Below, piece after piece: positions 37,314 through 50,200 of a stretch of 64,000 nucleotides of DNA. Numbering within the stretch: the stretch's first letter is position 1; every line of letters begins with the position of its first letter. The notes beneath the pieces are model-generated. The model was given only the letters and a program-made list of their open reading frames with translations. It did not search any database and was not told the origin of the DNA. Position numbers and translations under genes: made by a program. Origin of the DNA: Eledone cirrhosa (Eukaryota); NCBI GenBank assembly GCA_964016885.1, contig OZ024746.1, positions 18,600,001 through 18,664,000 of the forward strand, in the 5' to 3' direction.

Positions 37314-40124
37314 ATTCAGAAGGAATATCCAAAGTCCTTACTTAGTTAAAATCATTTATTTCTACGACAGTTTCAATTAAGAGAGATATAGTACCAATCA
37401 ATTGATCACTTAATTAATTATTTATATGGTATAAACATTTCTTATAATCTCATCAGGAAATCCTGGATTAATTAGGTGAGTCACTTAGTTCCATTATGTT
37501 ATTACATAATTAAACATTCAGATAGGGAAAGAAAACATAAGAAAAAGAAGGATAGCCTAGGTCAGTTATGTGGTGAAAAAAACAGGCATCAGGCAGACTG
37601 TATGATGCCTGCATACGAACAGCTATGTTACATGGCAGTGAGACTTGGGCATTGTGTGCAGAGGATCTGCGCGGACTGGAGAGGAATGAAGCACGCAGGC
37701 TCCGCTGGATGTGTAATAGTAATATATGTGAACAGCAAAGCATAAAGGAACTAAGTGAGAAATTAGGTATAAGAGGGATCAAATGCTGTTTACTCGAGAG
37801 AAGACTACGTTGGTATGGTCACGTGATGCGCATGAAAGATGACAGCTGTATTAAAAAGTGCAGATCGATCAAAATTGACGGAAGTTACGGAGTAGGCAGA
37901 CCCAGAAAAACCTGGGACGATTTGATAAATTTCGACCTTACACACTTACACCTCTCTAAGACAATGTCTCTGGAGCGAGATCTTTGGCGCTACGCAGTAA
38001 TACAGAAAACTCGCCTTGCCTAAGTACAAAGTGAAACCTACAGTCAGTAGGCATCTCTTAATCAAAAATACACCCCCATCCCACTACCCCCACCCCCACT
38101 CCCACAAACACCACCCCTTTCTCTGTAAAGTTATGTTGGTACCACAACATCCAGTCCTAAATAAATGAGGTCATGTAGATGTCACAACAAAAAAAAACAC
38201 ACAGTCCATGCTGTAATGTGGCCGTGTAAGTAACACGGTAAAAACCTCCAGGTCTACATTGTAAATGTGGTTGGTGTTAGGAAGAGCATCCAATCCAGCC
38301 GTAGAAAACCTGCCAGACAGTCCCATACGAGCGAGACAACCAATCTTGCCTCAAGTGGGACAATTCCCGTCTAAACCCATGCTAGCGTGGAAGATAGATG
38401 TTAAACGATGATGATGATTTAAGTATTGTGTACAATGCTTAAATGTGGATGTAGAAAGATGATGATGATAATGACAATACGAGGTTCTGCTGAAAAGTTC
38501 ATAGTCTGACCAAGATATTGCCATGGAATTGCCAGATGAGGTACACTTTTCAACATAGACTCTGGAAAGAAACAATGTTGTTATTATTAAGAAGAGTTGA
38601 AATTAATACGTGTAAGATTTCACATCACTCCTTCATTGTCAGCCTATGAACTTTTCAGCTGACCTTCATAAGTTAAATTTTTAATCTTGTGGCATATAAA
38701 TGAAAGTTTACACTTAATTATTATTTATGTTTTTTTAACCAGTATATCAAATATAAATTGTTATATGTTTTTTTTTTAATTTTATGATTTAATTGTCCAG
38801 GTCTGTATAATTTGTTGACCATTGCTGGCATCCATTGTAAGGTTGAATCAGTGATAAAGGTGACTGAACATTCAAGAATGCATTCAGCATTACTGCTATC
38901 AAAGATCTATGATGATATGATTGGTGATAAACAAAGAGATAATTTCAAAGAACATTGTCATGATTATTTCAAGTAAATATTTTTTATTTTATTTTTCGTA
39001 ATCATTGTTAGTTTTTTTTTCCATGTAAGAAAAGCGGAAGCTATAACCTGTTAAAGGCTTCATGACAGTTGGGGTGATGTCATAATTAGTTAGTGTGTGT
39101 TTAATAGAGAGGAAGAGTGAAATCTTCCCCTGGATAAGACAAGGCTTTTAGCAAGTAGCTTTTCCCATGTGAGGAATTGAACTCAAAATAGCAAGCTCAT
39201 GAACCACATGTCATATTTAGATGCAGGCACCCCCTCGACCTGTCTGGGAGGTCAGTAACCCCATTGCATTACTGAATTGGAAATCTTTGCTAGCAGGTAA
39301 AGAAGACATTCTTTGCTAACAGGTAAAGAAGACATTAAATGCTGATGATGATCTCTCTATTTTCAGTCCAGAGCTTTTTAGTCTTCAATAATGATGAACA
39401 TACTAGAATTATCATAATACTGATAGTGTAAAATAAATATAAGTACCTGGGTGGTTCTGTTTATGTTAGAAGAATAGTTCTCAACTCCCAACTCCAAAGG
39501 GAAATTTCATAGAAGAGGGTTTATTTTCAGTTATAAAACCATCTTTACATTATTAATGGGGATTAAAGATCCCTAAAAGTTTCTGATCCAATCATTGTTG
39601 AGCAGATATTCAATAAAGTTTAATTTGAATATTTTAATAATTTTTTACATTAAACAATCACAAATAAAATATTTTATTGTTTGGCATAAAATAGGGTGAT
39701 GGGACACTGATGTGAGGTTGTCATATTGAGTTATAAAATTTGGCAAGTCTGAGGAATATAAAGATGTAATCTATAACTACTAATGAATATATGAGAAATG
39801 GTCCTAGTATCTGTGACAATGTTAGTAAAAATTTAATTTTTCTTTAGCTGAAAAAATATGTCATCTATTTTAATAATTTTTTCCAGAGACACTTTTGGTG
39901 AGGGAGATATTGATTCAACAGTGGAGGCTATTAGAGCAATTACTACCTTATTACAGGTATGTTGTACTTTTTGTGGGGGTTGTTTTTTTATATCACTTCA
40001 TAAAAAAAATCATGTAGCTTTATGTATAATGTTATATTTGAGTATCTGTTGTGAGTAGGTCTTGACAGAGTTTTTAGAAGGTCAGCTATCATTCCTGATC
40101 TCTATGCCCAGAGTCAACTTTGTT

Positions 40125-40163
<39 letters not shown>

Positions 40164-40311
40164 CTCTGGAAGAAATTAAATCTAAGTGAAATACCAAGTA
40201 AACAAAATTAAATTTTTTCTGAATTCTTAAATTTAAAGAATATCTGTTGTTAGACAACAGCAATAAACACGATATGATCAGGGCTGGACTTCCACCTGCT
40301 GAGGCCCAAAG

Positions 40312-40352
<41 letters not shown>

Positions 40353-43300
40353 ATTGCTAAGTTACTAAAGTCCTGAGCCACAATATTACACATTTCTTAA
40401 CTCAGTTTAACTACTGAAGGTCATCCTTATTATGGATGTTAAGATATAGCACTTTCATAAAACAAAGTAGACATTTTGTAATTGAAACTCCTTTGAAGCA
40501 TCATCATCATCATTATTCTTTACATGTTTTTCGATGCTTGCATGGGTTGGACAGGTCTTCTTTAGCACAATATCTCTCCACTCATCACATTCCTTTGTCA
40601 TTTCTTCTATGAGTCTCAGTAATTTTAGATCAGCTTTTACCACATCTGCCCAGGTCTTCCTTGGTCTATCTCTACTGCAGCTTCCTACCACTAGAATTTC
40701 CTGGCACTCCTTCACCCAGCAATCATCATCCATACACATCACATGTCCATACCAACAGTCTTCTCTCTTGCACATCACTTTGGATTCCTCTTATACTGTT
40801 TCTCCCTCAGCTCATCCAAGCTCTGCCTTTCTCTCACATTTACATTACACACCCAACAAAGCATGATTGCTTCCATAATGTAAACATTTAAAAAATGTAT
40901 ATTATTTAAATATATTTTCAGGGTCCATATGATGTTGGAATTATGTTAATTAGCATGGAAGGTGTACTTGGAATTCTTCTCTCAATGTCTAAAAGTGATA
41001 AGAAGCTCCACAAGGTTTGTGAACATTTTTCAAAGTTATTTCATCTGGAAGAGGATACAAATGCATTGTAATAATGATTGATTAGACTATTGATTTCATC
41101 GATGTAGATAAGAGAGAGGTTCTAAATCTTATTAATTGTTTCTACTTTAGGCACAAGGCCAGCAATTACCCAGTGCATTACTGGTACTTTATTTTATCGA
41201 CCCCGTAAGGATGAAAGGCAAAGTCAACCCCGGCGGGATTTGAACTCAGATCGTAAAGGGACGTAACTATGCTGGAAAGCATGGCGTCCGACCCTCTACC
41301 GATACTGCCAATCCATCTTATTAATGGAAGTTTTTAGTACTTATATTACAGAAGACACAACTGTTTGATTGGCTTAAACAAACCTTTTTGAGATAATATT
41401 CTTCGGTCAGATGTTTATCTGTGATCCCCTTGATATCACTGAGGACTGATGCCATGTACTTTTCAAATGACTCCATTGATGATTTACATCAACAGAATTG
41501 TGGATCTTCTGCCGTGGAATTTTCTCATAAGTTAGTTTGGATACTTTTCAAAACACTCCTCCTCTCTAACTTTAGTGAGTTTTATTCATATAAATGGTAA
41601 ACTACTATTTTATTAGATTACTGTAATACTCGACTATAAGCTGACACCCCTTCCATATTTTATGTCTGAGAAATGGGCAAAAATCCAAACCCCATTTATA
41701 TGCTGAGGCAGCTAATCAACACATTGTTTAGATGGCATATATAAGCCAACCTCCTATTTTACCATCAATTTTTTTTGTGGGGATGTTACATATTCCTTGG
41801 CTTATATTCAAGTATATATGGTAAGTACTTGAGTTCAAATTCTGTCGAGGTTAGCTTTGCCTTTCATCCAGTAATGCACTGAAGTCGTTTGACTTTCCCT
41901 TCCCCCAAATTGTTATTTGGGTCTAAATCAGAAACCATTATTAGATTGGATTGGCAGTATTGGTAGAGGGTCGGACGCCATGCTTTGACGCATGGAGTTA
42001 CGGCCCTTGCCATTCTGAGTTCAAATCCCGCCTAGGTTAACTTTACCTTTCATCCTTACGGGGTCGATAAAATAAAGTACCAGTAATACACTGGGTAATT
42101 GCTGGCCTTGTGCCAAAAGTAGAAACAATTATTAGATTAAAGTACTCTTTTGTAGATGGTGGCTGTTGAAGCTTTAGTTTGTTCTGCATCAAAAAAAGAC
42201 AAATGTACTGGAATTTTAAAAGATGCTATTCCAGTGTTGGATACTCTGAATGAATCTTCAGATCCTGAAATCCAAGTCCGTGCTCTTGTGGTAAGTTTAT
42301 TTTTACATTCATATCAAATTTCCAATTTTGACTCCAAAAATTTGTTGTTTTTTTCTCTTCTGTAATATTCTTCAACTAAATATTTTATTAACTGACATAA
42401 AACAGCCAAAAAATTACTATTTTTGAAACTGGTTCCATTCGTCATGAAGATATACTTACTAAACATCATCTGAAATGTAGTCCTGTAACTTCTCTAAACT
42501 TAGGCCTTTCCTTAATTCAAACCACATCATAAGGTACCTTGCCAGCAAAGACGATGCTTGGAAACACAAATCTGTGTTGAGGGTGTTGCTGTATTCCACC
42601 TCTGAATGTAGGAGCTGATGTCTCACCAGGCAGTGAAGTAATTCTGTAGATGACACCATGACACCAGAGCTACTGAGGGTCATCCACTGATGTAGGCCAT
42701 GAAACTCCTGCACAGCAGCACAATCTTTGGTGAGTCTGATGTTGTGACTCTGTCCACCTCAATGAATCAAAACAGCATGAAATTTGACAGATCTGATGTT
42801 ATGACTCTGAGTGAGATGTCTCCATCCACCTCAAGTGCATCATTAATCTTCTCTTTTGAGCCAAATGCAGTAAATCGCTTTCTCAGTTGAACAAGAAGGA
42901 AAGTTGCTACATGTAACTATTCTGATTAATTCAATAATAAATTTACAACTTAAATAATTCAAGAATACAGAATGAGTAATAACTGGTAGATATTGTAGAT
43001 TTAAGGTCAGGCCAGGCTCCTGCCTGCTACTGGTACCACATAACCCAGTACAACCCACTTCATGCTCGAGTGGTTGGTGTCGAAACCAGCTCCCCCACCA
43101 AGTTTGAAATCAATAGCTCCAACCAACATAAGAAATTCAGCTAATTAGATCAATTTATAACATTTGGATATTCACATAGCATAATTGATAAATTGATTAA
43201 TCTACTAAATGTATAATTTTGGTATTGATATTGTGATACACTCCAATTTTAGGGTTTGTGTAAAATGGCTTCCTTCAAAGGTACAGATTACAGTATAAAG

Positions 43301-44163
43301 ACTCTTGAAGATGGTGAAAATATTCTTTTAGCTGAAGATTGTCTCAAGTAAGTATTAATAATGTTGATTTTTATTATTATATTATTATTATTAATATTAA
43401 GGGAGGTGGATTGGCAGTATCGGCGGTAGAGCGTTGGACAACATGCTTCACGGCATAGAGTTATGGCCCTTTCTGTTCTGATTTCAATCCCACTGCGGTT
43501 AACTTTGCCTTTCATCCTTGCGGGGTTGATAAAATAAAGTACTAGTAACGCACTGGGGTCAATTTAATTGACCTTTCCCTCCCCCCAGAATTGTTGGCCT
43601 TGTGCCTAAATCAGAAACCATTATTATTATTTTACTTTTTTGTTAATATTGAAGAAATTTCTCTTTAGATATTCTACTTTGACATATATGAAGTATGCAT
43701 ATTGTTAACCGGTCATATTTTTTTGTCAGATTCCTAACCAGTTCTGAAGACAAAGATTTGTGGAAATGGGCTACAGAAGGCTTGGCTTACTTATCATTAG
43801 ATGCTGATATCAAGGAACTTATTATACAAAATGTTCCTGCTCTTCACTCCTTGGTTGAAGTTGCAAAGGTAAAAATGTAATATATTATTAATTTGAAAAT
43901 AAGTTAAGATTGTTAAAAGAATATATTTCTATATATTAAATGTAAACAGATGCATAGATATGGAAATAGATTAATAAAAAAAATCAAGAATATTTGTAAA
44001 ACAAAGATTTTAAATTTAATATTTTCTGACCACAGTGAATACTCATCTTTAGAAATCACTTTTTAAAATCAGCTTTGCTATAATCATTATATAAATGATT
44101 TAATATATTTTAGATCAGATATAAATATTTGTAGATCTTGATTGTCATTCTAATACTGAAGAC

Positions 44164-44211
<48 letters not shown>

Positions 44212-47200
44212 CTATATATTGACACAAACATTTTCCATTCAATCTTAGACAAAACCTCAAACTGGAATATATATATTCTAAAATGTAAATTTAATTTCAT
44301 TAATTTCATTCAATTGGAAAAACTGAAAGAAAGGGGGTTCGGGCAGAGAATAATATCAAGTTGCTAGAAGAGAAGCAAATATACTTCCCAATGGGAGAAG
44401 CAAAATGTACACGATTTGCAGGTGATTTAGGATCAGAAACTTCAGGTGTTCCAGATTGCAAACAGGTTACTAGAGAAGATAAAGTCACCACCGGAGAAAT
44501 GTGTATTCAGAATGATAGCAGCTCCCTTGCTCTTAATGACACTAAAAAGAAAAACGTATGGAAGTGCTATTATGAGAGGCTGTTGAATAAGAAAGACACT
44601 TGGGAGAGAGAGTCTACTTCAAGATTAGGGGTGTCTGAATGGCTTGTAAAGTTTTATTTCAAGAAGCAGAACCTCATAAAGGAGATGATAAAGGATTGCA
44701 ATGCTTAGTAATATGTGGTGCTGGAGAAAACATATTCATCCATGCAAGTTAACTAACATAGCCTTAAATGGTATTTGTAATGGAGGGTTGGGATCTATAT
44801 CTTCTACATTAGGTCTTTTGTCCCTTATATTCTTAATAAATCTTCATCCCTCACCCTTTTCATTACCTACTTATCTAAAACTCACCCTCCCTCTCTCTCA
44901 TGTCCACTGTCCCATATTACTTGTGTAACAAAGAATTACATTTGACATGTTTTTCCATCCCTTTTCCTTGACAACAGCCAACATGTAGCTACCACTGTCT
45001 CTTCCATTATTTCCTCCCCCTACTATCGTCGTCTCTCCTCTAGTCACTTCAGTCATGTCAGCCTAAAGAGAATGGATACAACTTAGAGTAGAGTGGACCT
45101 TTTAGTCTTTCAGTGGACTAGGCAACATCTCTAATGCTGATGCCACAATAAAATGTACCCAGTGCACTCTGTAAAGATAAATTATTTGGCAAGTGAACAC
45201 AATGAAACTAACATAGACTAGACTCTTTCATCTTGATGAAGACATGACAAAAGATCCACTATGTAATTGTTTTGTTTCTTTACAGCATGCTAATGATAAA
45301 ATCACAAGTTATGCTGCCATCACTGTGTTTGTCAATCTGACCAATTCTTATGATAAACAAGATGTACCAGAAGGGATTAAGGAATTAGCAAAATTTGCCA
45401 AGCATCATGTACCTGAAGATCATCCAAAGGTAAGGAACCTTTGCACACTTCTTTTTGTTCTAAGCTCTAAGCAATTACAATATTAAATGTTTGAATTTTC
45501 AAATTTCCATTGGTTATTAATTATAAAAGTGATACTATCAAAAAGTTTTGATCATAAATAATCAAAAATAGAATTTATAAATTGAAATGCTTAACTGGTT
45601 TGCAAATTTTTGTTGATCTAAGTAGTACACATTTAGGATTTTCTACAGTGAGGTTAAGGCTATTGGATGTAGATGTAAGTTTAATAACTGTAATAAAGTA
45701 GTTTCAATCTATTTTGCACTGCTGGGTTATGGGTTATTTACAGGTTCAGTTTGAACTGGCCATACATTTTGATTAAAATTGTCAGAAGACCTCTGTCCAA
45801 GGTGCTACATAGTGAAACTGAACCCAAAACCACATGGTTACATAGTGAACTCCTTAACCACACAACCATACCTATGCCCATAAATTATCTTTAATTTCTG
45901 AATTATTTTTCTTTTTCTCAAAACGACACTTGTAAGTGATGCAATGAATTCTTTTAGCCAAATGCAGCTGTAGTGAATTATAACATTTATTTATTTTTAT
46001 CAATGATTCAAATATTTAACTTATACATTAGGCCTAAAATGTAGGATCAAAAGCTTTAGTGTGTTAGGATTAAGACCTGGATTGGTAGTTGTTAAATATT
46101 TGAATCCACTTATTCATAAATTAACCTTATTTTTGCAGTGAAGAGAGTTTGTTGGAATGTCAATTTTATCTGGTTTAGCTATCTTGTACATACAGTGATT
46201 GATAGCCTATAAACTGATTGAATTGTTGTGATTAAAGAAAGTTCCAAATATAATCCTTTAACCAATTTGAAAGATATATATATATATATATATTTTTGTA
46301 TATATATATATATATATGGTGGCTGCCAACTCGTTTTCGAGTACGGCCACTACTTTATATCCATGTAGGAGAACCCCTACCGATGCGCTGAACGAGTGTG
46401 ACTTTTTAGTCCAGCCAGCGACTTGAAAACTCTGGTACAGACACTACACTTGTGACAATTATTGACACATAGTGCTGGGCTCATGGTACCATGTGACGAC
46501 AAGTGCAGAGAGATCTCCAGGTATAAAGCAATGCCTGTGCCGTGAAGCTTTTATAGTGAGCAAAGGCACTGCACAAAGCCAGTCCCACTCTCTTAACCAA
46601 GATGATATTTACCAAAAAGAAGAACAAGTCAACATCATTGGATACCATCAGGGTTGCAGGTGTTATATCAGAGTTTTCCTTCTAGAATTCTGCCTTGACA
46701 AAGGCTAAGGGGTCATCTCTCCCGTTGATTTATATATATATATATATATCATCATCATTTCATTTTACGTCCACTTTTCCCTGCTTGCAAGGGTGGGACG
46801 GGAACTGATTCTGGCTTGATTTCTACAGCTGGATGCCCTTCCTAACACCAACCTCATTTACAGTGAGTGCTAGGTGCTTTTTTGCCGTGGCACCTCCACG
46901 TCCACTTTGCAGTGGAATGATAGGGACCCCAGTATACATTTTAGGCCTAATGTATATATATATATTATTATTATAACACAAAATTGCCACAATACTGCTT
47001 TATTTTAACTGGCACAAAAATATTGGCATTTGTTGTGATGAATCTGATCAGTACATTTTTGTATGGTTTGAAAATTTGATGTAGCTTACATTTTATGGAT
47101 GTCATTTGAAAGTAACAACAAATATTTAAGCATTCATTGATACCTGTTCTTTTGTAAATTTCTGTTGATAGGACACCTTAGAGTATTCAAAGAAACGAAC

Positions 47201-50200
47201 CAGAAAACTTGCTGAAGAAGGTATGGTGTCAGCTTTAGTTGAATTGTCAAAAACAGATAGTGAAAATAGCCGGGAACAAATCTGTAGGTAATCAGGAACT
47301 TTTGAATCATATTTTCATGTTTTGTATTTTTTTTTCATATTCACTTCATCATCATTGTTATCATCATCATAATTATTTTATGTATGTTTTTCATATTGGC
47401 GCTTCTGTCTTCCCAGACAGGTTGGGAGACCATGTCTCATTTAGATAATTCAATTTCAGCATCATTTATAAAGCTGGACATTCGTCCCAATGCCAAACAC
47501 TTTACAGTGTGTAGTGGGTGCATTTATACATAATATACCAGTTTACTCAGCTGTAGAAATGAGATGATAGGGACTGGGGTCCCTATCATTCCACTGCAAA
47601 GTGGTCGTGGAGGTGCCACGGCAAAAAAGCACCCAACACTCACTGTAAATGAGGTTGGTGTTAGGAAGGGCATCCAGCTGTAGAAATCAAGCCAGTATCA
47701 GTTCCCGCCCCACCCTTGCAAGCAGGGAAAAGTAGACGTAAAAAAAAAAAAATACCATCATCAAGCTGTAGAAACCAAACCCAAAACAGTTCTGTATGAA
47801 CACAACATGGTCACCTGATCTGGCATTGCTCACAACAGGATAACTCATTTAATCCATGCCAGCATGGAAAAATGGACGTTAAACAGTGATGAAGATATAT
47901 ATATATATATTATAGAAATGACTTCTACAGCATGACTAGAACTGTTTCATTTGCAAGAAATCCACAGGAACGTCCTGATGATTTTTTATGAATGGAACAG
48001 TTCTAGTCCTGTAGAAGTCATTTCTATAATAAAATAAATATGCATATACTCTTCTAATGTATTGAGTACCTTTTTTTAACTGTGGTTACCTCTCAACATA
48101 CCTCGGAAATCCAGCGATAATATATATATATATGTATACATGCATACACACAAACACATACAGATCCAAAATTCTTGGATCAAATGGAGAGAAGATTTAG
48201 AATGTTTTAATGATATTTTGAATTTATTATTTTTTTTTATTTGGGGCTTTTTTTAATTTTTTTTTCTTTTTCTTACTTTTCCACATTTAAATAGGATATT
48301 TATTGCTTTGGTTTATGAGACAGATTTACGTGGACTAGTGGTTCAAGGAGGTGGTGCTAAGGTGAGGCAAATGTTTCACTTTAGAGTGAAAGATTTTTCT
48401 TAAGTTTATCCTTAAAAACTTATTCTTTTTCTTTTGTTTTAATACATAAAATGTTCTGTGCATTTATTTTATTATTATTTTTTTTTCTAAATGTTTGAAT
48501 CTTTCCCCTTACTCTTACATTTTTTTAGGCCTTGATATCATTATTCTTGGACAACACAGAAGCTGGTAAAGAATGTGCAGCTCACAGTCTTGCTAAAATT
48601 GGTGTATCTATGGATCCTAATATTGCATTTCCTGGACAGAGAGTAAGTGTTGTTTTCTTTCTTTTTCTTTCATCTATCTTTCAAAGATAAAGGGATTTCA
48701 TCTATTATATTGTTTTAAGTAAACTTCTTTATGAATTCTATCACTCTTGGATTGATATTTGCTCCTTCATTCTACATTTTCTTACTGTTGGCTTACATCA
48801 TTTCGAGTTTTTAATTTTTGAAGTTATGGCAGTTTTTCTTAATATTATATGGCAAAAATAAACCTTGTGTTATGTTGATTGACTCAACTTTATGTCAGTC
48901 TGTCAAAAATATTAAACTAAAAAAAACACTAATAAAATCACATTTAAATAAATGCTAAAATACACAGCATAAAGTAATGTAGGTAATGCCCGTTAGTAGT
49001 TTATAGCAGGGTTAATTCGACATTCTTTGTTTTTTTACTTAAGTCTTGACTTCTAGAACCAATTAATGACTTAGGATGAGGTATACCTGTATTTGTCCTT
49101 GATCTGTTCTTTTGGGAGCTTTCCTACTCTTAACCTAAGTATGCTATTGTTGGTTAGTCACAGGTCAGCTCTGACTAAGCAGACCAGATCAAAGGCATTC
49201 CAGCCATGACTATTCTGTGTATCACACAGTCTAAGGTATCCTTCCTTTTCTTAAGATAGCAGGGTATTATTTGAGGGAGATTGAACTGCTATTTCAAGTA
49301 GGTCAAGTAACCAAATAGATGTTCCTTTGTTGGCTTGCTAAATATCATGTTATATTGTGCTGAAGAGATAGAGGTGGCTTCTATAGGGTGAGCAGAAAGA
49401 AACTCCCTATTGGAAATTACTTATGGCTTACTGTGACCACTTGAGACAACATAAATGACCTCGTATTCATGCAAGATGAGACCCCTCCTCATTTTGCACA
49501 GTGTCTGTGAGTAGCTTGATGTCCAATTTGCAGGATGTTGGCTGGGTTAGTGTTAAATCCCCAGCCATTGCTAGAACTCATTTTCAGCTGAGTATACTGG
49601 AGCAATGTGGAATGACTTGTTTTTCTCAAGAACACAACACACAACCCAGTTCAGGAATCAAACCCACACCATGATCATAAGTCCAACACCTTTACCACTA
49701 GACTCTCAATTAATATTATGTAGAACATGTTATCTCATTTCTATCATGACAATTGATAGTCCTCAGTAAATAATATTGTTATGCATGTTTTCAGATATAT
49801 GAAGTGGTACGACCTATAATTCATCTTCTTGACATCAATCGAACAGGACTCCAAAACTTTGAGGCCCTCATGGCGCTGACAAACCTGGCATCAGTTAGTG
49901 AATCTGTTCGGTAAGTTTCTTCTTTTTCTTTGGTTTAATTGAGTTTTCAAATTTAAGAATCCAGAAAATCTATCTGCAGATAACAAAAGCTTACAGAATT
50001 TTCTTTTTTATTTCGCTTGTGTAGTCTCACATTCTACCGAGTGCACAGGAAAGGTTGTCATATCTTTGAGGACACTTCAGTTGTGTCAAAGCCATGACAA
50101 CCTCTCCTGTGCACTCGGTAGAACGTGAGACCATATGTAAGTGAATGCAGATTCCTGGAGTGTCTGGGAGATCAGTTTATTGGGTGCTGTCATCAATGTA

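Noticed and set aside
17062-38420. The 17-kb and 37.6-kb RTE pieces as two halves of one split element
   Set aside because: They overlap by about 35 nt of diverged sequence and lie in introns of different intact genes, so independent insertions are simpler.
42440-43110. Coding-like intronic segment with short ORFs
   Set aside because: No recognisable domain and many stops. It is probably a decayed TE that I cannot classify.
47965-48015. Third active hammerhead
   Set aside because: GGAA replaces GAAA and stem I does not pair, so it is recorded only as a degenerate relic.
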